A stretch of DNA of 64,000 bases, taken from assembly GCF_009914755.1 (NCBI RefSeq), contig NC_060939.1. The stretch is one strand, 5' to 3'. The DNA is from the human T2T-CHM13v2.0 reference genome, Homo sapiens. The position numbers and the translations under genes are program-made. Under the pieces are notes generated by a model that saw only the letters and a list, made by a program, of their open reading frames with translations, ran no database searches and was not told the origin of the DNA. This document shows positions 1 through 17,340 of the stretch, piece by piece; the first letter of the stretch is position 1; each line of letters begins with the position of its first letter.

Positions 1-144
1 AGCTCAGAGGTAAAAGTTTAAAAAGAAAAGAAGGATACCTGTGGTTGGGAGACTGTGTGTGTGCCCTCAACCCCATTTGTGGGCTCCTTTCTACCTGCTA
101 CTCCCCAACCTCCTTTTATTAGCTGTGTCAATTTGAAAGGTTCC

Positions 145-261
145 GGCTGGTCAGAGTGCAGTGGTGTTTACAACTAATTGATCACAACCAGTTACAGATT
201 TCTTTGTTCCTTCTCTAATCCCACTGCTTCAGTTGACCAGCCTAAAAAAATAAAATAAATA
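145..261 (+). pseudogene. Y RNA (hY3/RNY3) retropseudogene
   Basis: ggctggtcagagtgcagtggtgtttacaactaattgatcacaaccagttacagatttctttgttcc...gaccagcct matches hY3; A-rich tail 244-261; TSD aaaggttcc 136-144 / 262-270. Confidence 0.93.
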
Positions 262-295
262 AAAGGTTCCTAAATTTGATTTTTGCTGGGGACAG

Positions 296-437
296 GTTTA
301 AGTGACACTTCTCCAGATGAAGGGTTAATAGAGGACTTGACTATAGAAGACAAAGCAGTGGAGCAACTGGCAGAAGGATTGCTTTCTCATTATTTGCCAG
401 ATCTGCAGAGATCAAAACAAGCCCTCCAGGAACTCAC
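296..437 (+). CDS. BLOC1S6: BLOC1S6 (pallidin) coding exon 2
   Basis: gacag| acceptor and |gtaagc donor; 142 nt; translates (G)LSDTSPDEGLIEDLTIEDKAVEQLAEGLLSHYLPDLQRSKQALQEL(T), recognised pallidin sequence. Confidence 0.97.
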
Positions 438-1272
438 GTAAGCTAATAAAAAACCAGATATACACTCATTTCCTCTGTGGCATAGTCACAATTTGTATAA
501 TTGTATACTGTGTTAAGACATAATATTTTTTAACATGCAATTATAATTGAGTATGTCTATATCTTTATTGATAGCAGATGGGAATAGAGGAGTACATAGT
601 ATTCTAAATGTAAAAAGTGAAATGAATACTCCTAGGGTGTTCGATCTCTTCTAAGAAGTACTCCTAAATCTTACCTAGAATCTGTGATTAGGTTTGGCAT
701 TTATCATTATTTTATGAAAGTATTGCCTATTGGGGATTGTTCAGGTGGAGATACACCTGTTTCTGAGTAGAGTTGAAAAATTGCCTCCATAAAAGTCACG
801 CTTGTTTTCAGTTGCTGGTTCAAATAAGTTGCCAGAGATCTGTAAGTATCTTTTCTGAGATGATCTGTTTCATTCCCAGTAGATAACTTTACTAGTAAGT
901 AAAGATTAGAGGATATGTTAAGAAAACAGTTTAAGATAGAACAGAACCCATAGAGTGGGATCAGTATACAAAAACATATACTCTGGCTTTATCAGCTCCC
1001 ATCCACAGACAACACACTCAGCTTCTGCCTCCTCCTGGGTCGGGACCTCTCTGGATAGCCCAGGCTGGCCTGTCTGTCATTTCTTTCTGTGGTGGTCAGC
1101 TTTACACTGGCTATAAACTGCTGCTGCTCTGAGACCTACCCTTTGAAAACTTACTTAAGAGGCCTTTATTAGGGCAAAAGGAGAGGAATAATAACTGTGC
1201 TTATTTTATAATTATAAGTAATGTTATAATCCTTAGTGTTAAGGTGCTAAATGCATATAAAAGTGGTACTGA

Positions 1273-1570
1273 GGCCAAGTGTGGTGGCTTACACCTGTAA
1301 TCCCAGCACTTTGGGAGGCTGAGGCGGGCGGATCACTTGAGGTCGGGAGTTTTAGACCACCCTGGCGAAACCCTGTCTCTACTAAAAACACAAAAAATTA
1401 GCTGGGCGTGGTGGTGTGCACCTGTAGCCCCAGCTACTTGGGAGGCTGAGGCAGGAGAATCGCTCGAACTCAGGGGGCTGTTTGTGGTGAGCTGAGATCT
1501 GCACCACTGCACTCCAGCCCAGGTGACAGAGTGAGACTCTGTCTCCGAAAAAAAAAAAAAAAAAAAAAAA
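1273..1570 (+). mobile_element. AluS
   Basis: Full dimer, A-tail, TSD aaaagtggtactg. Confidence 0.92.
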
Positions 1571-1924
1571 GTGGTACTGGGTTATTCTAAGACTACATGT
1601 GTACTACTATAGTTAGGGAGTTGGCAACCTTCTCAGTTTTGTGCTAATCCCAAACAAGATTTTTTTTATCCCTAGCGCGCGATATACCTTATATTTTGAT
1701 GCCAATCAATCTTTGTTGTTGTATGAGGTGTGATAGATGGAAGGTAAGAAACTGCAAGCGAACATATCTGAAAAATACTTTACTTGCAGGAAGCTGGGAA
1801 TCAAGTTTTAATTGCAGAGTTTAATTGATGATGATATTGTCTAAAATTTAGTGTTTCGAATAGCCCCTACTTATCTTCTTAGGCACCCAGACAACAATGA
1901 TTATTTTGACGATGATAGTAAAAT

Positions 1925-2100
1925 TAGCTACTGTTTGTTATTATATGTACTATATGCCCAGCACTTTAACATATCTCAGTTACTCCTGACACCAACTTTA
2001 TGAAGTATCTAGTATTATCCTTATTTACAATTGAGGAAACTGAGGCTCAGAGAGGTTAAGTAATTTGAAAAAGATTACACAGGTAGTAGTAGAATTAGCT
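1925..2100. mobile_element. MIR
   Basis: attatccttatttacaattgaggaaactgaggctcagagaggttaagtaattt core. Confidence 0.75.
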
Positions 2101-2649
2101 ATTGAATATGATGCATTAGTAGTTAATATGCTTCTTGACTGTTAAGGAAAGGTAAACAAATTTCAGAGAAAGGAAAAAGAGAGTATTTCCTCCTCTTTTC
2201 CCCATCTCTCCACAAATTTCACTATTAATAAAGATATAGGGGAAAGAGTACTGGACTGAGAGCCACCTGGATTCTAGTCCTGGCTCTGCCATCAAACCTT
2301 TGGTAAAGCCTCTTCACCATTATAGAAACAGGTCCACAGAGAAGTAAAGGAGAAGGTAGTGGTAGGTAGGGATTAAGTTTATTTTGTAGCTAACAATGAG
2401 TAAGGAAGACCAAGAAAAAAATTTAGCTTTATATATAAGAAAGGTTATAAATATTCATTTATATGTATTTATCATTTTAAGAACATTGGAAACTAAAAAA
2501 ACAAGGTTCTGGGATCCAGGCCCCTAAAGCAGCCACAGAGGTGCAGTTGTCAGTGGCCTCCATGGAGCTCCCTTCGAGATAATTCACACTTGGAACTTGT
2601 AAGGAAGTAGCTTTTCTCTCAGATAATCATTCCTCAGACACTGCATTAA

Positions 2650-3046
<397 letters not shown>

Positions 3047-3061
3047 ACATTCTCTGGAACC

Positions 3062-3600
3062 TTCTTTGAGAGTGGCCAGACTTATGGGTCAGGAAAGCAC
3101 TGTACTTAAAATTATAGTTGTATTATAAAGGGTACAGATCAGGACAAGCCAATGCAGAGACACACAGGGTAGTGCCTGGGAGGTTCCTGAACACAAAACT
3201 TTTGTTTCCTCTCCCAGTGAGAGGAAACCCCCGCTGCCAGCACATCAGTGTGTTCAGCAGCTTGGTGTTCGAGGCTGCAGTGAACCATGGTCATGCCACT
3301 GTGCCCTAGCCTGGGTGACAGAGTGAGACCCTATCTCAACAACAAAAATTTAGTCTTTTAATCTATGTACTTGGAATGTCTCTATTATTTAGAAGTTCTT
3401 TCTTTGTTATTTTTCATTAGCCTCCCATCTTGAAGCTCTAGGGGCCCATCATGAGTCACTTTATTAGTGTAAACTCAGGTGTGATCCAAGGAGCTCATGG
3501 ATAACAAAGACACTTCTGTCACTTGGAAAATTCCAAGGATTTTAGAAGCTCTGTGCCAGAAACCTGGGACAAAGATCAGACAAATTCTTTGTTAGATAAC
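3062..3600. mobile_element. MER21-family LTR with an internal replacement
   Basis: Shares ccagcacatcagtg and tgagtcac...aaactcagg...ccaaggattttag with the copy at 61239-61995. Confidence 0.65.
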
Positions 3601-3971
3601 AGGTGTCTGTTCAGATCTTTTGCTCATTTTAAAATTGGATTGTTTTTCTTATTGTTGAGTTTTAAGAGTTCTTTGTATATTTTTGATATGAGTCCTTTAT
3701 GTGTTTTGCAAATATTTTCTCCAAGACTGTGGTTTGTCTTATTACTCTCTTTACAGTGTCTTTTGCAGAGCAGGAGTTTTTAATTTTAATAAATTTATTT
3801 AATAAATAAGAAAAAATATAGTCGGTTTTTTCTTTTATGAATTGTGCTTTTGGTAGTGTGTCTAAAAACTCATCACCAAACCAAGGTCACCTAGATTTTC
3901 TCCTGTGTTTTCTTCTAGAAGTTCTAGTTTTGCATTTTACATTTAGACCTATGATTTATTTTGAGTTAATT

Positions 3972-5136
<1,165 letters not shown>

Positions 5137-5356
5137 AGATTTCTGTAGCTTTATAATAAGTATTGAAATTGGGTACTGTGAGTCTTCCAATTTTGTTCTT
5201 CAATGTTGTATTGGCTCTTCTATGTCTTTGCCTTTCCATATGAACTTTAAAACAGTTTGTTGATATCTATACGATAACTTGCTGGGATTTTGATTGGGGT
5301 TGCATTGAATCCTTAGATCAAGTTGGAAATAATTTGCATCTTAAAAAATATTGAAG

Positions 5357-5648
5357 GGCTGGGTGTGGTGGTTGATGCTGGTAATCCAAGCACTTTGGGA
5401 GCCTGGGGCAGAAGGATCTCTTGAGGCCAGGAGTTGGAGACCAGCCTGGGTAATGTAATGAGACCCTGTCTCTACAAAAAAATTTAAAAAGTCAGCCTGG
5501 CGTGGTGGTGTGCACCTGTAGTCATAGCTACTTGGGAGGCTGAGGCAGGGGATCCCTTGAACCAGGAGTTCAAGGCTGCAGTGAACTATGATCATGCCGC
5601 TGCAGTCCAGCTTGGGTGACAAAGTGAGACCCTATCTGAACAACAACA
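5357..5648 (+). mobile_element. AluJ
   Basis: aggctgcagtgaactatgatc J-type right arm; (caa)n tail. Confidence 0.88.
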
Positions 5649-6065
5649 GTTGAGTCTTTTAATCTGTGTACTTGGAGTATCTCTCTATTATTTAGATTTT
5701 CTTTGATATTTTTCATTAGAGTTTTATACTTTTTGCATATAGCTCCTGTATATATTTTGTTATATTTGTACCACCATATTTCACTGGGGATGGGGAGCTA
5801 CTATAAATGGTATTGTTTTTTAAATTTCAAATTCATTGCTGGTACATAGGAAAGAAATTGACTTCTGTATATTAACCTTGTATCCTGAAATCTTACTATA
5901 CTTGCCTATTAGTTTCAGGAGGTTTCTTGTTGAATCTTTGGGAATTTCCACATAGGAAATCATCTGGGAACAAAGACAGTATTATTGCTTTCTTCTCAAT
6001 TTGTATACCTTTTATTTCTTTTTCTTGTCTTGCTGTATTAGCTTGGACTTAAAGTATGATGTTGA

Positions 6066-8501
<2,436 letters not shown>

Positions 8502-9012
8502 AAAGTATGATGTTGAATAGGAGTTGTGAGAGGGGACATAGCTTGTTCTAGTTTTAGGAGAAAATTATGTAGTTTCTCACCCTAAATGTTAGCTGCAGGT
8601 TTTTCAAGGTATTCCTTATTAAGTTGAGGAAGATCCTCTCTCTTCCTAGTTTGTTGATGGTTTATAGTCATGAATAGATGCTGGATTTTGTCAAATGCTT
8701 TTTCTACATCAATTGATAGGACCATGTAATTTTTCTTCTTTAGCCTGTTGATGTGGTAGATTACATTGATTGAATTTTTGAATATTGAACCAGCTTTGCG
8801 TATTTGGCAGAAATTTTACTTGGTTGTGGTATGTAATTCTTTTTACACATTGTTGGATTCAATTTGCTAATATTTTGTTGAGGAGTTTTATATCGATGTT
8901 CATGAGAGATACTGGTCTATAGTTTTTCTTTCTTGTAATATCTTTATCTGGTTTGGCTTTAGGGTAATGCTAGCCTCATAGAATGAGTTGGGAGGTGCTC
9001 CTTTTGCTTCTG

Positions 9013-9460
9013 CAGTTGTTGCCCTTTATCCAAAGGAGGATATGTTCCAAGACCCCTAGTGGATACAATATTTTAAATAATTTTGTGCATGAAACAAAGA
9101 GTTTTGACTGTGACTTATCACATGAGGTCAGGTGGGTCATTCATTGTCCAAATGTTTCAGGTTTTGCAACATTTTGGATTTTCAGGTTATGGATGTCAGC
9201 CTTTATACACTATGTTTTTTCCTATACTTACATACCTATGATAAAGTTTAATTTATAAGTTAGGCATAGTAAGAGATTAACAACAATAACTAATAATAAA
9301 ATACAGCAGTTATACTATAATAAAAGTTAAGTGAATGTGGTCTCTCTTTCAAAATATCTTATTGTGCTGTACTTACCCTTCTTGTGATGATATAGCACAG
9401 CTGCAGTTGACTGTACGTGCCTAAAACTGAAGAAAGCAAAACTGCAGATAAAGGAGGACT
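9013..9460. mobile_element. MER8/Tigger2-derived MITE with a nested Tigger4/MER46-like fragment (~9065-9205)
   Basis: TIR-like ends (ccctttatcc...gcagataaaggaggactg); atgataaagtttaatttataag...aagagattaacaacaataac. Confidence 0.7.
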
Positions 9461-10028
9461 GACATATTTTCTGGAAGAGACTGTGGGGAATTGGTATCAC
9501 GTCTTCCTTAAATGTTTGGTAAAAATTACCAGTGAAGCCGTTTGGTCCCGGTACTGTCTTTTTTGGAAGGTTATTACTTACTGATTCAATTTGTCTAATA
9601 AATATAGGCCTACATAAACTTTTTGTTTCTCCTTGTATAAGTTTTGGTAGTTTGTATCTTTCAAAGAATTAGTCCATTCCATCCACATTATCAAATTTAT
9701 GAGCACTGAGTTGTTGAAAATATTCATTTATTATCCTTTTAATGTCATGGGATCAGTGGTGATTACTGCTCTTTCATGAATAATACTAATACTTTGGGGT
9801 TTTTTTTTCTTGATTGGTCTCACTAGAGGTTTATCAATTTTATTGATCTTTTAAAGAACCACCTTTTTGTCTCATTGATTTTTTTGTTTTCCCCCTTCTA
9901 TTGTTTTCTAGTTCTAACAGCCTATTTTTGCTGTCCTGTGTATCTCAGATGGTTGACTTGCTGGGTTTTCCTCTCATCCATTCTGTATTTCACTTTCTGT
10001 GATCTCTAGTCCAAGCTGGAGGGACAAA

Positions 10029-10357
10029 GTTATTTATTTATTTATTTATTTATATTTGTAGAGATGGGGTCTCACCCTGTCACATAGGCTGTAGTACAGT
10101 GGTGTGATTATAACTCACTGCAGTTTCTAACTCCTGGGCTCAAGCAATCCTTCTGCCTCAGCCTCCCAAGTAGCTCGGACCACAGGTGTGTGCCACCACA
10201 CCCAGCTCATTTTTTGTGTGTGTGTGTGTTTTTTTTGTTTTTGTAGAGGGTCTTGCTTTGTTGTCCACGCTGGTCTTGAATTCCTGGCTTCAAGCAATCC
10301 TCCTTCCTTGGCCTCTCAAAGTGCTGGGATTATAGGCATGAACCACTGTGCCCAGCC
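10029..10357 (-). mobile_element. AluJ with (TTTA)n tail
   Basis: Alu consensus. Confidence 0.88.
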
Positions 10358-11261
10358 AAGAGACAAATTTATGACCTGTAGGGTATGCCAGACTCAGTGC
10401 TGGATAGTAGAGATGTTGTAATTGCCCTGAGCCTGTTCGTTGTTATTTCTTTTTTTTTTTTATCATTATTCTCTAGATAGCACAGTTTTACAAGCAAATG
10501 ACATATTTTTCTTTGTAGCATTCTTTAAAATATTCAGGTAGGTGACCCTTTTAATGTCACTTATTCCTGTGATCCTAACATTGATTGATGTGTAAAGAAA
10601 TATCAAGGAAGTTGGCTTCTCTTCCTCAATGAGTTTTGAATTAGAATTGTAATGAGAAACATTAGAAATTATCTGGTCTGATCTTCTCACTTTGTAAATG
10701 AGGAGATTTAGGCCAGAGAAATAAACTGAATTTCTAAGATCATATAGCTAACTGGCTGTTGGCCGGGGAAAGCTATGATTTCCAGTCCTGTGCTTTTTTC
10801 ATCTTACTGCTTAATTATTCTTTTTGACTTACTATCCCTTGATACTTCATCTTCCTCACCTCTAATCTGAAAAACCATTGTTCCTCATTTCCTTTATGGG
10901 AATGTTGCAATTTTAAGATATATAAAACATTGAACTTCTTGGGCAAAATACTATAAAAAACTTCTTTTTTGGAATAATACAGAGAGTTGTTAAAAGTAAC
11001 AAGTAATAAAATACTTTTAAATGATTGGATTATTTTAGTTATTAGAAATTGAAGCAAGAATAAAAGACACATTTAGTTATCAGAATGTGGCTTTAGAATA
11101 TTATTTTGAAAAATCTTATTCTATATTAAATAAACCTTAGAGAGTTAATACATTTCCTACTTAACTAACTGTTACCATTAACCAAGATGAATATGATTCC
11201 TTTTAATGGACCGGCACTTTAAATATGTAGAGTTTGTCTTGGCTGTGTGTTTTTGTTTCAG

Positions 11262-11349
11262 ACAGAACCAAGTTGTATTGTTAGACACACTGGAACAAGA
11301 GATTTCAAAATTTAAAGAATGTCATTCTATGTTGGATATTAATGCTTTG
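11262..11349 (+). CDS. BLOC1S6: BLOC1S6 coding exon 3
   Basis: ttttgtttcag| acceptor, TTG|gtaagt donor; 88 nt; continues phase 2 from exon 2: (T)QNQVVLLDTLEQEISKFKECHSMLDINAL. Confidence 0.97.
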
Positions 11350-11561
11350 GTAAGTATGATTTAGTTGATGTAATTTAATGACATCTTGTCTTAGCAATAG
11401 CTAAGACTTAGCTAAGCAATAGCTAAGATTTTAAGCTTAGAATTTGTCTTTTTAACAAGAAACCTTGATTGAACTTCTGTTGTGTTGAATTGTTATCTTT
11501 CAAATGTTGAATTTATAGTAGGAAATTTAACTTATTTGTGCATTTGGAATAGATCTGCTTA

Positions 11562-11996
<435 letters not shown>

Positions 11997-12247
11997 TTAT
12001 TTAATTATATGGCATATTCATAATGCTATAATAAATTAATGCTATAGGCTGAAGTGGACGCTTTGAGAATGATCAGTTATATCTTTCAATATAAATAGTT
12101 GAACAGTTGAATTTCATCAGAAGTTCTATAGCTTTTTGATGAGAGGAAGTGATACTCTGTATTATAAGAAACAAGGAATTAACCAAAAAAAGGAACTTGT
12201 TTTGCTACCTTTATTTTCTGATGAACATTAAAAATAGTTTTGTTTGT

Positions 12248-12379
12248 GGGCAGGGCACAGTGACTTATGACTGTAATCCCAGCACTTTGGGAGGCTGAGG
12301 TAGGAGGATTACTTGAGGCGTGCAGTTTAAGACCAACCTGGCCAACGTAGCAAGACCCCATCTCTATTAAGAAAAAAAG
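12248..12379 (+). mobile_element. FLAM (free left Alu monomer)
   Basis: Left monomer only, then A-rich tail. Confidence 0.8.
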
Positions 12380-13589
12380 AAGCTGGGTTTACATGACTGT
12401 AGCCATTCATGCATACCTCAAAAAAATGGACTTTTCTTTGGACAAAGATGGTTTACTAATGTTTTCCATTTGTAACAATTAAAAACAAAGTTCATATTCT
12501 CTGGCATTAGAGGCCTGTGGAAGTAAATACAGAGCCATCTGCCCAGTAGTTCCTGGTTTCTTGCGAGGGAGGTGGGCAAGGCTACACTGACCTATTTTTG
12601 TGTTCCCCACTGAAATCCTGTTGCAACAGAAGGAATATTTGTTGAATGAATGAATGTTGAATGAATTAACCAAGCAGATGTAATACTGTTGCTTTAGTCT
12701 GAAGGGGCAGGATGGAGTCTTCCTCTTTTTTCTTCTCTTAGTCAAGAGTAGTTTTTATTATCATCTGGGAACTGAAAACTGGAAGGCCCAGGATATGTAA
12801 AAAGGCACTGTAACTTCTGAGCTAATCAGACAATGACTTTACTTGCAGCTACATTAAGGCTGTGAATCTCTCTACTGACATTTCTTTCATTTCTTCTCTT
12901 TCTGTAACCTTGTCTGAAAATAGGGTGCTTTTCTCCTTCTCTCTGACATCTCTAGGCTTGCATCATCCTCCCATCTTCTCCTGACATAAGACTTCATTTT
13001 AGATTATGCAGGTTGGCTGAGTTGTAAAGTCTGTACTTAAGACTCCTCAAGAAGGAAAGTGTCCTCACAGAGATCATTCTGCTTAGTCTGACTAAAGCAG
13101 CCCAAGGAATGGATTAAACTTGTCCACAGTCCTTTCTGTCCAGGGCTCTGTGGCCACAGTTTGGGTTTTCCTTATGGGCAGACACTTCACTTAAACTGTT
13201 TCATGTGCTCTGGCTCAGTCTGTCTCTTGTAAAGGCAGAGAGAATGTTTTACTTTTCTTAAATGAAACTGATAGCATTATTAGATAGTCTTATCTGAAAT
13301 TTTAGAATTATATGTTTTTAAAGCAAAATATTGTCTATGCCCATCTTAATATAAATGTCTATTTTATGTTTAGTAACACTTTTGTCAATCTGAACTAAAT
13401 CAAATGTCTTTCAAATCCTACTAACAATATAAGGAAATCTTTATTTTGGAATTAAAATGTGAAGATAAGGCTGTAAAAATTTTGACCAATTTAGGAAGCA
13501 CAAACTATCATTTATATATTGCCTTATTTATTCATTTTGATATTTTAGTCTATTTTAACTTGACTTTTCATTTATTTTTCCATGTTAAG

Positions 13590-13676
13590 TTTGCTGAGGC
13601 TAAACACTATCATGCCAAGTTGGTGAATATAAGAAAAGAGATGCTGATGCTTCATGAAAAAACATCAAAGTTAAAA
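13590..13676 (+). CDS. BLOC1S6: BLOC1S6 coding exon 4
   Basis: catgttaag| acceptor, AAA|gtgagt donor; 87 nt, phase 0-0; FAEAKHYHAKLVNIRKEMLMLHEKTSKLK (also seen in ORF 13446..13685). Confidence 0.97.
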
Positions 13677-13685
13677 GTGAGTTGA

Positions 13686-14267
<582 letters not shown>

Positions 14268-14556
14268 TTAAAAATATCATTTTTTTTTCAACTGCACTCT
14301 GAGCATTTTTACTAATAGCTGGGCTGATAGGCTTAGATTCTCTGGATATGCCCTACAGTTCTCATTTAATAAGAGTTTAGAGCAACAAATTTTTTTGAAT
14401 CAAAGGGACCTTAAATTATCCCAAATTTAAATGTCCAAGATGAAGTTTATTAGTGTGAATGAATTACCTCAAAGCAGAGCACTGTTATTTTCAAATTAGG
14501 CTAAACCTGTAACCCCTGATTGCTCTCTTGGTTTTTAAATTTTTTTTTTAACACAG

Positions 14557-14676
14557 AAAAGAGCACTTAAACTGCAGCAGAAGAGGCAAAAAGAAGAGTT
14601 GGAAAGGGAGCAGCAACGAGAGAAGGAGTTTGAAAGAGAAAAGCAGTTAACTGCCAGACCAGCCAAAAGGATGTGA
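14557..14676 (+). CDS. BLOC1S6: BLOC1S6 terminal coding exon 5, to stop
   Basis: T-rich tract then acacag| acceptor; KRALKLQQKRQKEELEREQQREKEFEREKQLTARPAKRM, TGA at 14674-14676; coiled-coil-like C-terminus. Confidence 0.97.
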   Translation, partial: KRALKLQQKRQKEELEREQQREKEFEREKQLTARPAKRM

Positions 14677-15654
14677 AAAGTTGTGTTTGTGTGTTTTCTT
14701 CTCCTGTCCCATATTTGGGTTATGATGACTCAAGTGTAGACTGAAGTTGAGGTAGTGCCTTATGCCATTATGTCATATGTTGAAATCCTTATTCCGGTAT
14801 TACTGTGTCTCCATGCCTTTTTTCCAAGTAGCAGACGTCATGTTGCATGGTTTTTGATATTTATATGTAAGTTTTTCAAATTTTGCTTAATTTTAAAATT
14901 TATTATTTTGATCTTGAATTATTTATAAACTGGAAAGTGGTTTGATTATTGTGAGTCAAAACTCTAAGTGGTTAAAAATTAGTATGAATTTTTTAGCTTC
15001 TTAATGAATATGGATTTAAAACTCTCCAGTTCTTATTTTATGAAATGACTTGCCTTTCTGGTAATACAATGCTGATTTTTTAGTAATTGCCTTTTCATTA
15101 CTTTGTTAAGAAGAAATGCCAGCTGTTTAATCACACCTACCCCTGGAAAAGAGGTAAACCTTTTGAACAGTTGAATTTCATCAGAAGCTCTATAGCTTTT
15201 TGGTGAGAGGAAGTGATACTCTTTATTACAAGAAACAAGGAATTAACAAAAATAAGGAACTTGTTGCTACCTTTCTTTTCTGTTGAACATTAAAAATAAT
15301 TTGGTTTGTGGACTGGGCATGGTGGCTTATGGAAAAGAGGTGAGCCTTTGTGAAGAACATAATGGAAAAGTGCATGTACGGGAAATAACAGCACTTTAGG
15401 TGTAGTTCAGGTGAGCAAGATGCCAGATAGTTTCTACTAACCATATACTCTTTCTGCTTCTTAGCGTCGTTGTCACTGCTTCTGTGGCTTTTGGGTTCAA
15501 AGTAGATTATATATATTCCTAAAGCTTGGTGGAGGTAGTGGAGCTATCACACACTCAAATGAGCTTGTATATTTATAATACAATATAGTATTATAGTAAC
15601 AGTTATCATACACTGAGATATAGTTTCTGTGCTTGTAAAAAATTCTTGAAGTGA

Positions 15655-16000
<346 letters not shown>

Positions 16001-17340
16001 TTACAGGGATGGTGAAAAATTAGTAAATAGCTTCACAAAAGAGGCAGCGTGATACCTTTAGTGTTTTCTAGAATTTTTTTCTGGATATTATATGTAAGAA
16101 TTTATTGTTTGAGGGAAATACGAGGTTTCATTGTTTAAAATCAAGAGTGTATTGTTTACTGTTTTACAGTATTATTTAATATCCAACTGGTCTCCAATCT
16201 CCATTACATAGGGACTGTACAGAGCCTGTGAAGATGTATGAATGGTATCTTTTATAATCCACAATACATTTCTGGTAAGATGGAATCACTACCTCTGATC
16301 ACATATCAGGCTAACGATAGAGAAAGCATTAGGTTTAAGTTGAGGGCTAAGAACTGGTTTGTTTAAAGGTTTAAATTGTTGGAAAAGAGCATTTGCCTTC
16401 TTTAATGAATGATGGTCTCACAATTCAGTTGACTTTGACCTAATATTTAAGAATATAAATATATTTTATTTGAAAGGCTGAGTGTTGCCCTCAAACACTT
16501 GCTAAAACTGCCTAGGGCAGGATTCATTAGGGCTTGCAGACAATGTCACCTAAATTGCTGAATGTACTCATTATAATATGATATCTGACAAAGGTAGTAC
16601 AGCGTTTCTGAGTCATTTGGGACCAACTGCAGTGGTTGTTTAAAATGCTGGTTCCTGCACACAATTCTCTATCTACTGAAGCACATCTGTTTTCTTTGTT
16701 TGTTTTGCTTTGCTTTTTGTTTTTAAAGTTTCCCCCAGTGATTCCAGTGCACCTGAAAAGTTGAGAACCACAGGCTTAGTGGTACGTTGGGGTTTCCCAC
16801 GCTAGGCTGCATAGCATTATAACCTGGGAACGTTAAAAAAAATACAGACATTCTTGATTCTTAGTGTAGTTATGATGTGGATCCTACGTATTTTTTAAAA
16901 AACTCTCCAGATAATTTTGATGTCACGAGTCACTAGTATAGACTATCTATCTAGTGAGTTGTATTATAAGCGATGAAATACTTTAAAAGCTACCCAGTAA
17001 CTCTTGGGATTAATTTTATGAAATAAATTCTGAGCTGCTGCTTTTGATATAGTCAGACTTAAGACTGAACCCCAGTAGACAGGCAATAGATATAGAATTC
17101 TGGTTAGCTAATTGAACTTTTGTGACCTGTTTAAAAACAAATCAAATTTATTGAACAAATGACAAGGCACAAATACTTTCAGAATTGTATTTCAGTTTTG
17201 AAGATTTAAAAAAAATGTGAAAATAAATATATATTAGTATCCTTTATTTTAAAGTCAATTGTAAACCAGAAGTACTGTTATTTTGGTGATTAAAATCCAA
17301 AACTTTAGCTGTATTTCAGTAACAAAAACATACCTTACTA

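Noticed and set aside
13446-13685. 79-aa ORF as a standalone gene
   Set aside because: It is exon 4 plus open intronic flank
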